DNA of 64,000 nt, taken from IMG/VR virus record IMGVR_UViG_3300001041_000018; one strand, given 5' to 3'. The number at the start of each line of letters is the position of its first letter. The first letter of the stretch is position 1. Shown here piece after piece: positions 53,088 through 62,433 of this stretch. Source of the DNA: an uncultured virus (IMG/VR IMGVR_UViG_3300001041_000018). Taxonomy: Duplodnaviria; Heunggongvirae; Uroviricota; Caudoviricetes. Below the pieces are notes generated by a model. That model saw nothing but the letters and a program-made list of their open reading frames with translations, made no database searches and was not told the origin of the DNA. The translations under genes and the position numbers were made by a program.

Positions 53088-54986
53088 ATGAATATCTTCT
53101 TCAGTTACGACCCTCAGTTCGAAGAATTGATGGATCTCCTCAAATCCAAGTATCCACAAAAGCTTTTCGATATGGATGGGATCGGGAAGCAACTCGACCT
53201 CCCCAAGTTCTCCAAGGATTTCTTCGCAGCTAAAACTACGGCTGATGTCTCGATAGACGCCAACTCCAACTTGGGCGACATGAGCATCATCGTCTACAAC
53301 GCGGAGTTGCCCAAGCCATTCCTTAAGCTGAATTCCTACTACATGCTGTGGAAGCACTTCAAGAAGCTCTACGGGAAGGAGACATCTGACGAGGTTATCG
53401 AGATGCAGGTCTGCGGGGACATCTACGTGAATGACGTTCATGGTATCGGATCGTCCCAAGCCTACTGCTTCAACTACTCGACCTACGACGTGATGCTTCT
53501 CGGGCTCCCGATGATCAGCAAAATCACCTCGGTGCCTCCCAAGTACCTCTACAGCTTCAAGTCGCAACTGGAGCAGTTCGTCGTGCTCGCCAGCAATTCG
53601 ACGCTGGGAGCAGCAGGACTTGCGGATCTCCTGATCGTCATGAGCTACTACGTCAAGAACATCTTGGCAACCAAGATGGACGCTAACTTCAGCTTCGCGA
53701 GCGAAGAGGATTGCTGGCGTTATGTGAAGGAGAATCTCGTGTCCTTCATCTACACCGTCAATCAGCCGCTCAGGGCATCCCAGAGCCCCTTCACGAATGT
53801 CTCGGTTTACGACGAGGAATTCTTGGGGAGCCTCTGTCCGAACTACGTTTTCCCTGACGGCACCACTCCAGACATCGAGATCGTGAAAAAGCTGCAGATG
53901 CTTTTCCTCGATGTCATGAACACCGAAATGCGAAGAACCGCCATTACGTTCCCGGTAACGACTGCGTGCTTCGCAGTAGATGATTCAGGAGAAATCCACG
54001 ACGAGACCTTCCTCAACCAGGTCGCGGAGAGGAACCTCGAATTCGGCTTCATCAACATCTACACCGGGAAATCGTCAACGCTCAGTTCGTGCTGCCGCCT
54101 CCGCAGCGAGACCGACAACGAGTACTTCAACTCCTTCGGTTCTGGCTCCAGCAAAATCGGCTCGCTCGGTGTAGTCACCATCAACATGCCGAAGCTGGCC
54201 TTCCGGTATAAAAAGGACCCCGAGAAATTCTTCTCCGAGGTAGAGCGGTTAGTTGGGACGTGCTCCCGAATCAACAACACGAAAAGGCACATCGTCAAGA
54301 AGAGAATCGAGAACGGGAACCTCCCGCTTTACTCTCATGGGTTCATGGACCTCAACAAGCAATACTCGACCTGCGGGGTTAACGGCCTGAACGAAGCCTG
54401 TGAGATCATGGGCTATGACATAATGACCAGAGACGGGCAGGATTTCGTGCTGGCAATCCTGAACACGATCAACTCCGAGAACGACAGGTGGCAGAAGAAA
54501 CTCAAGTCGCCCCACAATTGCGAGCAGATCCCTGGAGAAAATGTTTCGGTGAAGCTCGCGGAGAAGGACCGGTTGCTGGGGTTCAATAGTCGCTACGACC
54601 TCTACAGCAACCAGTTTATCCCCCTTACGGTCGAGGCGGACCTGTTGGATCGCATAATGCTCCAAGGGCTTTTCGACAAGCACTTCTCTGGGGGCTCCAT
54701 CTGCCACCTGAACGTGGAGCAGAAGATCGAAGATCCCAAGCTGGTGGTGGATTTGATTAAGGCTGCAGCTAAAGCTGGGGTCATCTACTTCGCGATCAAC
54801 TTCCTACTGAACAAATGCGAGAACGGCCACATGACCGTGGGGATCTCGGAGACCTGCTCGGAATGCGGAGGAGAAATTGTGGACAAGCTGACCCGCGTTG
54901 TGGGTTTCCTGACCTCGGTTAAATCATGGCACAAAGTTAGGCGCGAGCAGGATTTCCCCCACAGGCAATTTTACTCAGGGATATAG
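53088..54986 (+). CDS. nrdD: Anaerobic (class III) ribonucleotide reductase, no ATP cone
   Basis: YC, QSPFTN, TFPV, SCCRL, C-terminal zinc site and TRVVGF glycyl-radical motif. Confidence 0.95.
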   Translation: MNIFFSYDPQFEELMDLLKSKYPQKLFDMDGIGKQLDLPKFSKDFFAAKTTADVSIDANSNLGDMSIIVYNAELPKPFLKLNSYYMLWKHFKKLYGKETSDEVIEMQVCGDIYVNDVHGIGSSQAYCFNYSTYDVMLLGLPMISKITSVPPKYLYSFKSQLEQFVVLASNSTLGAAGLADLLIVMSYYVKNILATKMDANFSFASEEDCWRYVKENLVSFIYTVNQPLRASQSPFTNVSVYDEEFLGSLCPNYVFPDGTTPDIEIVKKLQMLFLDVMNTEMRRTAITFPVTTACFAVDDSGEIHDETFLNQVAERNLEFGFINIYTGKSSTLSSCCRLRSETDNEYFNSFGSGSSKIGSLGVVTINMPKLAFRYKKDPEKFFSEVERLVGTCSRINNTKRHIVKKRIENGNLPLYSHGFMDLNKQYSTCGVNGLNEACEIMGYDIMTRDGQDFVLAILNTINSENDRWQKKLKSPHNCEQIPGENVSVKLAEKDRLLGFNSRYDLYSNQFIPLTVEADLLDRIMLQGLFDKHFSGGSICHLNVEQKIEDPKLVVDLIKAAAKAGVIYFAINFLLNKCENGHMTVGISETCSECGGEIVDKLTRVVGFLTSVKSWHKVRREQDFPHRQFYSGI

Positions 54987-54987
54987 A

Positions 54988-55440
54988 ATGAACGTCCTAA
55001 CAACTCAGTTCTCGTTGGAAACAAGAAGCCTAGATATTTACTTGGCTGGGTGCAAAGGCCCTCATTGTGAAAACTGCCACAATCCGGAAAGCTGGGATTT
55101 TAATCAGGGAGTTGACTGGAAGGAGTCCTTGCTGCAAATCAACGACAAGGTTGCTAGATTCCCGGATCTCATCGAGAACATCATGATCTTCGGAGGAGAA
55201 CCCTTCGATCAGGACCACGAAGAACTCGAAACCTTCCTGTGGTACCTAGACCGGCACTGCTTGGATATCTGGCTCTTCACCCGGTTGAAGCCTTTGGAAG
55301 TCCCAGAGTTCGCTAAGCGATATTTGGCCTACCTCAAGTGCGGTCGGTACGAGGAGAACCTGAGGGGCGAGAAAGAACAGTACGGGATTAAATTGGCTTC
55401 CACCAACCAACACATTTTCAAGAAGGGAGTTGACTTCTGA
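54988..55440 (+). CDS. nrdG: NrdD activating radical-SAM protein
   Basis: GC....C..CHNPESW, GGEP, LASTNQ. Confidence 0.92.
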   Translation: MNVLTTQFSLETRSLDIYLAGCKGPHCENCHNPESWDFNQGVDWKESLLQINDKVARFPDLIENIMIFGGEPFDQDHEELETFLWYLDRHCLDIWLFTRLKPLEVPEFAKRYLAYLKCGRYEENLRGEKEQYGIKLASTNQHIFKKGVDF

Positions 55441-55608
55441 ATGACAAAAGACCTCCAAAATCGCCAACTCATAATCACCAACCTCCGAAGAGGAAAAGAT
55501 ACAAGGCAAGGGATCATCTACGCGGATCTCAGAGACGCCGAGACAAACGAACTGCTAATTGCAGCGACCCTGGATTATATCCAGCAAGCAATCAACGAGA
55601 GGATGTAG
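55441..55608 (+). CDS. Hypothetical protein (55 aa)
   Basis: Translated by hand; fills gap before the terminator. Confidence 0.55.
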   Translation: MTKDLQNRQLIITNLRRGKDTRQGIIYADLRDAETNELLIAATLDYIQQAINERM

Positions 55609-55620
55609 AACGCTAAAACC

Positions 55621-55655
55621 AAAAGGGCTCCTGGTAACCAACCCAGGAGCCCTTT
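55621..55655. terminator. Bidirectional terminator at the convergence of the two arms
   Basis: AAAGGGCTCCTGG...CCAGGAGCCCTTT. Confidence 0.85.
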
Positions 55656-55682
55656 CTCGTTCCCCTTGGAGGAAGGAACTTT

Positions 55683-55868
55683 TTATTTCTTGTACAGCAG
55701 CCCTACCACAGAAACCCCAGCCGCAACTGCATACGGCTTCCAGTCTGCCATAGAACCACCCGACGCCTGATAATAACCAGAAGCACCCGCCAACGCAGCC
55801 CCGCCTACCACTCCCAAAATGGAGGACAACTTGTGCCCAACAATTCTCTTCTTCAATCCCGCTTTCAT
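55683..55868 (-). CDS. Putative holin
   Basis: 61 aa, two TM segments, basic ends, lysis context. Confidence 0.55.
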   Translation of the reverse strand: MKAGLKKRIVGHKLSSILGVVGGAALAGASGYYQASGGSMADWKPYAVAAGVSVVGLLYKK

Positions 55869-56440
55869 TTTAACTCCTTTAAAGCCTCAAGGTACGACTT
55901 CATAAAATGATCCTTGACTTGCAAATGCCTGTGGTCACCGTCTTTCAATACAAGAGGTTCCTGGGTGTGCCTGTAGAGGAACTTGGGAACTTCTGGAACC
56001 GGATCGTCGTCTCTTACTATCCTGATGTAATCCAATTTAGGCGCTTTTCCAAATCTCCAATAAACTCTTGGTGATCCAAAAGTAATTAATTTGCACCCTG
56101 TGTGCTCTGCTAGCAGAGTTGCCAGGGCGCCTCCAAGAGAATGCCCAGTTGCTATGACGGAAGGATTTTTGGTCGTAGGCATCCCACCCGAGCAGAGTTC
56201 TCGGTAGGCTTTTATGAACCCCTTGTGGGCTAGAAAACCACCACAAGACTTCGCGGGCAAAACATTCGCGTTCACGCCCCAATTCTCCAGATTGTCCGTT
56301 CCCCGGATGCAGATTATTTTTCCGTGCTCTGTTTCAAAAACCCCGTACCTTAAATCGTCCACAGTGACGAAATTTGGATTCACATCTGAATAGCTTTGGT
56401 CGCAGAGGACCGCACAGGTTTTTATAAGTTCGGGATTCAA
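55865..56440 (-). CDS. Class 3 lipase (alpha/beta hydrolase)
   Basis: IRGT, HKGF, TGHSLGGALA, TFGSPRV, DPVP, DH. Confidence 0.92.
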   Translation of the reverse strand: MNPELIKTCAVLCDQSYSDVNPNFVTVDDLRYGVFETEHGKIICIRGTDNLENWGVNANVLPAKSCGGFLAHKGFIKAYRELCSGGMPTTKNPSVIATGHSLGGALATLLAEHTGCKLITFGSPRVYWRFGKAPKLDYIRIVRDDDPVPEVPKFLYRHTQEPLVLKDGDHRHLQVKDHFMKSYLEALKELK

Positions 56441-56634
56441 CTAGACCTCCAAACATAACTCCCATCCGAGAGCTTCAAGCACTGCTCCCCACCAACCTCA
56501 ACTCCAACCGAATCTCTATCACAGACAGGAACGGGGTCGGGTACGAGAATGTCGAGGATTTCTACAGTGGTTTCTAGGGCAGCGCATCCAGGAAGCAGGA
56601 GGATGGAAGCCAGCACTAAAATTTTTAAGTTCAT
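56437..56634 (-). CDS. Small lipoprotein (possible spanin subunit)
   Basis: LLPGC lipobox; GGAGG RBS before ATG 56634. Confidence 0.7.
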   Translation of the reverse strand: MNLKILVLASILLLPGCAALETTVEILDILVPDPVPVCDRDSVGVEVGGEQCLKLSDGSYVWRSS

Positions 56635-56645
56635 TTTCTTACCTC

Positions 56646-56816
56646 CTACTTTCTGAGTTCCCAAAGTGCCTTGAGGGAAATCGTGTTGACCTTCGAGGGA
56701 ACATCGCCCACGTCGTGTCGGACTGAGGTTCCCGCTTCAAGGGCTATGGTTTTTGGAGTCGCTACTGAATTGAGGGAACAGGCTGTAAGAAGGGGAAGGA
56801 GTAAAAATAATTTCAT
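56646..56816 (-). CDS. Small lipoprotein (56 aa)
   Basis: Translated by hand: MKLFLLLPLLTAC... Confidence 0.65.
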   Translation of the reverse strand: MKLFLLLPLLTACSLNSVATPKTIALEAGTSVRHDVGDVPSKVNTISLKALWELRK

Positions 56817-56829
56817 ATATTCAAGGCTC

Positions 56830-57187
56830 CTAATTCCGCTGCAGTTCTCCCGAAGTACATCCGCTGAAATTGATGAAAGGAGTCGCCTTGTTCACAAATC
56901 TGGAGAGATTAACCCCAACAGGAGCCGTGAATTGAGGGTAAGATCCTTTCGCAGAAGTAGGCATCAGCCGGACCTTGCAAGCAGTAGGCGGATACAGTGA
57001 CCACCAGATCGAGTTAGTGCCATCAATGGTCGTGGAGTTGATAGTTAGGGTCTGCGAGAGAGTACCATTAGGCGCCCCTCCTTGGATGACAGCACTATTG
57101 AAGTCCCTTTCGAGGAACCCCCGGTGAAGCGGCAAAGGCTGCGGGGGCACCCAGAAGTGCTGCCAGAAGCAAAATAATCTTTTTCAT
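56830..57187 (-). pseudogene. Secreted protein split by a one-base frameshift at a G5 run
   Basis: Signal peptide MKKIILLLAALLGAPAAFA in one frame; the body FLERDFNS... in another. Confidence 0.7.
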
Positions 57188-57208
57188 TTTTATCTCCGTA
57201 ATATTTTA

Positions 57209-57655
57209 TTAAGCCTGAGTAGGCCACCTGTAACCAAGAACCTCGTAACTCCCAAGACCGAAACTAGAAATTTTCACCTGGTCCGACTGATTCCCGCCCA
57301 AAAGAAAAATCCTTCCTTCTTTTATCTCTTTGAAGAAAGCCACATGATTCCCTGAAGAACTTCCGGTTGCTTTGTCGTTGGACTTTTGTTTCTGTCTGAT
57401 GATTACGATGGCGCCTTCTTTGGGCTCTGTTGGGACACCCCAGTTCAACCACGAAATCGCAGCAGCCGAATTGGTGCCTTTGACACCTGCTTGGGTGACA
57501 CACCAATTTACGTAGGAACTACACCAGGCAATTTCGTCCTCCTTGGCTTTCAGCGAGGTGGATGAGTGGTACTTGATGATCCTTGGATTTTCGCCGCCCC
57601 TTTTTTCTTGCACCCCAATTTCTTTTTCTGCAATTTCCAGCCACTTGGGTTTCAT
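57209..57655 (-). CDS. Endolysin candidate, TIGR02594/NlpC-P60-like peptidase
   Basis: DEIAWCSSYVNW, HVAF, LGGNQSD. Confidence 0.88.
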   Translation of the reverse strand: MKPKWLEIAEKEIGVQEKRGGENPRIIKYHSSTSLKAKEDEIAWCSSYVNWCVTQAGVKGTNSAAAISWLNWGVPTEPKEGAIVIIRQKQKSNDKATGSSSGNHVAFFKEIKEGRIFLLGGNQSDQVKISSFGLGSYEVLGYRWPTQA

Positions 57656-57669
57656 TTATTACTCCTGAA

Positions 57670-57699
57670 AGAGCCGCTCTCTAATTCAAGAGCGGCTCT
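57670..57699 (-). terminator. Hairpin / probable terminator
   Basis: AGAGCCGCTCT...AGAGCGGCTCT. Confidence 0.6.
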
Positions 57700-57719
57700 A
57701 AATTCACATCTGAATTTGA

Positions 57720-58154
57720 TTAGGTCAGCGCAATGGCGTTAGCCGGGATGGTGAAGGTCATTGCACCACCAGCGGATGCCTGAGTGACGGTCATGGTGCA
57801 GATCGCCAGAACACGGCTGGAGTCCGTAGTGTCGTAGATACAACCGCAGTAGGTGCCGGTTGCGATGGTTCCTGCGCTGGTAACTACATCTGCGAAATCA
57901 AGCTGGTAGGCGTTGCCGCTCGCAGTGAGGTTGGCTGCAGTGAGCACGTAGCCGCCTGCGGTGTAGCCGGTGCCAGTCGAAGTCAGTTCGCCCGTAGTAC
58001 CATAAACCTGCGGGGTTGAGGGATCGGTAGTAGCATCCCAGGTGGTAGTGGTGCTGTGGATGGACATCTTGAGGGAACCTGCACCGATTTTGGTCACAAG
58101 CTCGTCCATCCACTTCTTCTTCTGATAACGGGTTACTCCGGCGTTGTATGCCAT
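57720..58154 (-). CDS. Putative virion structural protein
   Basis: E..GTGYTAGG...LDFAD pattern; Thr/Ala-rich. Confidence 0.75.
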   Translation of the reverse strand: MAYNAGVTRYQKKKWMDELVTKIGAGSLKMSIHSTTTTWDATTDPSTPQVYGTTGELTSTGTGYTAGGYVLTAANLTASGNAYQLDFADVVTSAGTIATGTYCGCIYDTTDSSRVLAICTMTVTQASAGGAMTFTIPANAIALT

Positions 58155-58165
58155 TTTTGAAACTC

Positions 58166-59911
58166 CTATAAATACTGCATGGTTATGGGTTGATTGTTGA
58201 CATCCCGAAGGTCGATGATCTGATTATTGGGGGCGCGGATTTGATTGATCGAACTTGCAGTCACTCCAGTGCCAGTCACGGATTCCACGCTGGTTTCTGC
58301 TGTGACTCCTGAAGCAGTACCTGCCCCCTCGATAATTGCTTGGCCTATCCCTTCTATTGAAGCTGTGGTTGCTGTAGTGGAAATTTCAGTGAGTTGTCCT
58401 AAGCCTATTGCAACTCCGCTTCCTGTTGCTGCCTCTGTGGTTGCATTGGTTGCTGTCCCGGAGAGGTTACCCGCCCCAAGGATTGCGCCTGTACCAATTA
58501 TTGTTGCTGCGGAAGCTGAGACTGAAGTGCTGGCGAGTGACCCAGTTCCTACTGTGATACCGGCCCCTGTAAGCACTCCTGTGCTTGTTCCGGTTGTAAC
58601 TCCTACGCAGGTACCAACTCCGGGCGGTGCATATTCAGTTGTGGCTAGGTATCCTGCATAGTCGAAGGTTATCGTGACACTGCCATCTGACAAAGGCGTC
58701 AGTACCCCATTGAAAACTTTGACACTTGTGGGGTTACTGCTATACCACAAACCGTCAGCGGTTATATCATGACCGTTTGCCGTAGCTTGTAATGTAAGTG
58801 AATCAACTACGTTAATTGTAATGTTTAAGCCCGCGTCAGCTTGCGTCTGTACATACTGTCCTTCGCTGCCTGAGGGGTCTTGGTAAAATCCGTGAATTAG
58901 TTTATTTTTGTACCTACCAAAATACGAATACCCCCCTGTGGCATCATTTAAGTTCGCTACGACCTGTGGTGCTGAAAAGGTTGCACCGTTATCAGTTGAC
59001 GTGAGAGCGTAACACTCCTGTTGACTGCCGGAGGTGCTATCCCATCTGTTTCCCCCATATCCCGAACCCCGTTCAGCAGCAGCAACATAGATAGTCCCGT
59101 CAAAATCTTTGAATATCTGCGGTGGGAACCCATTACATAAAAAAGAAGGACTTGACCAATTAAGGAAGTTCGAACTACGTGTAATAAATGTTCCCTTCTT
59201 TCCCCCTGTTGCGTTGCTTGATTCAACCCGCACTACTATGATTATTTCCCCAGAATTTGTTTCTACCCAGTCCGGTTCACTCATGTAACAGTTTGGGATT
59301 GGGCCTATGTCGGCGTAAGTAGTAAAGCAGTCATTTTGACCTATGCTTGATACGGGTGCTCTCCAAATACGTAACCTATTCCCGGTAGTCGCGTTGGGTA
59401 TGGCAGCTTCACGAATGGCTTGCGTAGGGTCCAACCATGATAACCAATAAACATAGTCACCTCTTATGATTGGAAGTGCGGCCAAACCTGCGGCAAAGAA
59501 GTAATTTCCGCCATTTGATAACGTAGGAGCAACCCTTCTGAAAAGAGTGTCGTCTATTGATGGTGTGTGTGTTTCCTGGAAATAGTAATACAACGCATTT
59601 TCAGCGTATAGTTGTGCATTGTTGTCTCTATAGCAATACCAACCCCAATAACCGGACCTACCATCAGGTAGATGGATTTTGCCACAATCTGGGGCGCGAT
59701 AATCAATGGACGTACCTCTAACTACGTCTTCCCAATCCAACAAGTTTAGTGATCGTACAACACGAGTGTAGGGGGAATTGTCTGCACCACCCTCTTCTTC
59801 TGTCGCATTTCCACCAAAAACGTAGAAATAGCCATCAGCAGCGTAACCTGTGCCGCAATAGAAAGGCTCCCAATCACCAACCCTTACGGGTTCTGACAGT
59901 TCAAGGGTCAT
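58166..59911 (-). CDS. Tail-associated protein: BNR/sialidase-like propeller, Ig-like domain, Gly/Thr repeats
   Basis: Asp-box-like SLNLLDW, SSNFLNW, STDNGATF; WYSSNPTSVKV..G; ATGA overlap start. Confidence 0.75.
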   Translation of the reverse strand: MTLELSEPVRVGDWEPFYCGTGYAADGYFYVFGGNATEEEGGADNSPYTRVVRSLNLLDWEDVVRGTSIDYRAPDCGKIHLPDGRSGYWGWYCYRDNNAQLYAENALYYYFQETHTPSIDDTLFRRVAPTLSNGGNYFFAAGLAALPIIRGDYVYWLSWLDPTQAIREAAIPNATTGNRLRIWRAPVSSIGQNDCFTTYADIGPIPNCYMSEPDWVETNSGEIIIVVRVESSNATGGKKGTFITRSSNFLNWSSPSFLCNGFPPQIFKDFDGTIYVAAAERGSGYGGNRWDSTSGSQQECYALTSTDNGATFSAPQVVANLNDATGGYSYFGRYKNKLIHGFYQDPSGSEGQYVQTQADAGLNITINVVDSLTLQATANGHDITADGLWYSSNPTSVKVFNGVLTPLSDGSVTITFDYAGYLATTEYAPPGVGTCVGVTTGTSTGVLTGAGITVGTGSLASTSVSASAATIIGTGAILGAGNLSGTATNATTEAATGSGVAIGLGQLTEISTTATTASIEGIGQAIIEGAGTASGVTAETSVESVTGTGVTASSINQIRAPNNQIIDLRDVNNQPITMQYL

Positions 59912-61863
59912 AGAGTGCCACCATACCAATTATCTAATGTTATAGGTATTGCGCCTGTAGCCGAGACATAGAAGCCAGGATTGCCTGTTGCTATAGGTGA
60001 CACGCTATCTGTAACGGAGTCAATTAACGTCCAATTCGTCCCGTTGTTAGTTGAATAGTATGCTGTTAACAATGAACCTGAAATTTCCAATTTAAGAGTG
60101 ATGTTTGCGTCCGGCCCACCTTCAATGTTAAGCAAGGAACCTATATAGGCACCCCCTACAATTTTTATGATGTCAAATACGTAGGTGTCGTACCAATAGC
60201 CATCGCTCTCCCTAGACTCCCAATATGTGCGTAGGGCATAATACGTTTTGCTCCCGTTATCTCTGACAGTCACCCCGTAAGCACTGCTATCTGAAATTGC
60301 TAGCGTATCAACAGTAATGCGTGAAAATTGATTTGAGCCGAAGCTGCCTGTCCATCGCTGTATTGCATTACCGTTCGATACTAACTTACCCCCTGTTTTT
60401 GTTGCGGTACCGGTATAGGGGTTAGCCCCCCAATTACTACCTAACGCGCCCTCTCCTGTAAAAGCATCATACAGAATAGCAGCAGCAGCAGCACTAGACG
60501 CGGCGGCTAGAGTGCCAAGCACTGTACCGTTTCTTCCACCTACTCTCACATAATAAGTTGTTCCCTGAGTAAGCATCCCATTAAGTACGTGCTGAACAGA
60601 CCCCGCAGGTATACCTGTAATATGTCCTGAGACAGCCGATTGCGGCGTAGCAGGGTAAGCAACTGTTGAGACGTAACCGGATAGCCCGTCTGTCGCCTCA
60701 TTGAGTCCTGAGTTGGTTGAATAGAACAGTTCGTAGCTCGTTTCTCCTGTAAGGTCTGTCCATACCGCCGTAATCTGCGCGGGGGAGTTAGAAACGGAGA
60801 AGCCCGAAGGTGCGAGGGGCGCGGATGCCGCACCAACCCCTCCGACGCTAGCCACAGATGATGTAACCGCCACTCCAGTAGCAGCCCCAATGCCAACTAC
60901 AACCCCAACTCCAGTCACAGTCCCACTGCTCGATGAAGTTGTAACTCCAGTCAGGGAGGCAATGCCGGGAATAGACACAACCTCACCTACTCCAGATATT
61001 TCAGCGACCACTGTGGATACAGTTACACTGGTCAAATCAGCGGCCCCAAGTGCTACACCGGTACCGGATATTTCAGCAACACTGGTTCCAGCACTCACAT
61101 CTGTTAGTTCGCCCGTTCCTAGAATGACTACTTCACCAGAACCACTAATTTCCTCTACGGAGGTTCCGACAACGACTTCAGCCAAAGCCCCAATCCCTAA
61201 GGAGATTCCTGCGCCAAGAAGTTCTGCCACGCTCAATGTAGCCAGGACTCCGGTAACCGACCCAATTCCCTCCCCAGCAGCAATGCCGATTCCTCCGAGA
61301 TCACTCATGGACGAAGCGGTTTGCACACCGGCAAGATTCCCGGTGCCTAGTGCTATGCCTGCCCCTGAAATCTCAGCAACACTGATTGCCCCGGAGATAC
61401 CCGTGAGAGAACCAAGGCCAATTGCTACACCAACGCCGGAAATTTCAGCAGCATCTGCCGAAACAAAAATACCCGCGAGAGAGCCTAGTCCTGCTAATCC
61501 ACCTACTCCAGAAATTTCAGCGACACTCGCTGCAGCAGAAACCCCGACAAAAGTGCCAAGACCCCCGACAGATGTACCCATGATGCGAATGTGTATTGCA
61601 TAGTCAGGCCAACCCGCAGTGCGTTTTTCTTCTATCAAAGCTAATGTCGGGGTATCAAAATCACCTGACTCAGCGAGGTAGCCGAGGATCTGAGTCACTT
61701 CACCGTTGGCAGCACGTTCAGAGGGAGACAAGGTGAGGGAGGAATAGCCGATCTTGTGGATGACACCACTACGCACGGAGACTAAGTAATCCCCGCTTTC
61801 AGGGCTCTCTTCAATAGGAGCCCCTTCTAAAACTGATTGTAATGAAATTGGTTGAACCGACAT
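59908..61863 (-). CDS. Tail-associated protein: ~20-aa Gly/Val/Ser repeats, FN3 domain, C-terminal lectin-like domain
   Basis: Repeated SVAEISGxG; W.D...ETSYEL.Y...TTYYVRV. Confidence 0.78.
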   Translation of the reverse strand: MSVQPISLQSVLEGAPIEESPESGDYLVSVRSGVIHKIGYSSLTLSPSERAANGEVTQILGYLAESGDFDTPTLALIEEKRTAGWPDYAIHIRIMGTSVGGLGTFVGVSAAASVAEISGVGGLAGLGSLAGIFVSADAAEISGVGVAIGLGSLTGISGAISVAEISGAGIALGTGNLAGVQTASSMSDLGGIGIAAGEGIGSVTGVLATLSVAELLGAGISLGIGALAEVVVGTSVEEISGSGEVVILGTGELTDVSAGTSVAEISGTGVALGAADLTSVTVSTVVAEISGVGEVVSIPGIASLTGVTTSSSSGTVTGVGVVVGIGAATGVAVTSSVASVGGVGAASAPLAPSGFSVSNSPAQITAVWTDLTGETSYELFYSTNSGLNEATDGLSGYVSTVAYPATPQSAVSGHITGIPAGSVQHVLNGMLTQGTTYYVRVGGRNGTVLGTLAAASSAAAAAILYDAFTGEGALGSNWGANPYTGTATKTGGKLVSNGNAIQRWTGSFGSNQFSRITVDTLAISDSSAYGVTVRDNGSKTYYALRTYWESRESDGYWYDTYVFDIIKIVGGAYIGSLLNIEGGPDANITLKLEISGSLLTAYYSTNNGTNWTLIDSVTDSVSPIATGNPGFYVSATGAIPITLDNWYGGTL

Positions 61864-61873
61864 TTCCACCTCA

Positions 61874-62101
61874 CTAAGCCATTAAAGGCGCTCCTGTAAC
61901 TGCGTCGTATAGAAACGCGCCGGTTGTTGCGTCGTAGAGGTTTCCCTCAGCGGTCACGGCAGGAGGCCTAGTTTGCACCAGCGAATGAATTTCTCTAGGC
62001 GCTCTTACACCCCAATAGATTTCCTCCGAGACCACCGACGCATGGATTAGCCCAGCTAAAATCAGCCCGAAGATGGCTCTAGCCGCGACCACGGCGATCA
62101 T
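61874..62101 (-). CDS. Small membrane/secreted protein
   Basis: TAATG coupling; hydrophobic N-terminus. Confidence 0.55.
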   Translation of the reverse strand: MIAVVAARAIFGLILAGLIHASVVSEEIYWGVRAPREIHSLVQTRPPAVTAEGNLYDATTGAFLYDAVTGAPLMA

Positions 62102-62433
62102 TAAAGCACCTGCCCGGTCTTCACCGTGATCTGCCCAGACAAAGCCCGGTCGGTGGTGATATCGTCAGCGTCGTCAAGATCCAAATTGTAGAGGTACTGC
62201 CTAGGCTCTAGTGAGGCTGTGGTAGCACGAGGCATGGTCCAAGCGATCTTGCCTTCTAACGCAGCCAAAACAGCGCACCCGAAATCTGCCACGTGCAGGC
62301 CATTCTGAGTCATGAGGGAGGCTCTGGGAGTCTTGTCAGTGAGGTTGATCGGTGTGGTTTTGCTTATGTCCGTGTAGAGGACCACCTCTCGATAGAAAGT
62401 GGCGCCCTGCTCAATTGTGTCGTTGTGGTTCAT
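62101..62433 (-). CDS. BppU-N-like tail/baseplate protein
   Basis: IEQGATF...PINLT...G.I...T..L...YLY.L...G.ITV. Confidence 0.7.
   Translation of the reverse strand: MNHNDTIEQGATFYREVVLYTDISKTTPINLTDKTPRASLMTQNGLHVADFGCAVLAALEGKIAWTMPRATTASLEPRQYLYNLDLDDADDITTDRALSGQITVKTGQVL

Noticed and set aside
29224..54986. Self-splicing introns in polA or nrdD
   Set aside because: Both ORFs are continuous with all motifs; the endonucleases are free-standing
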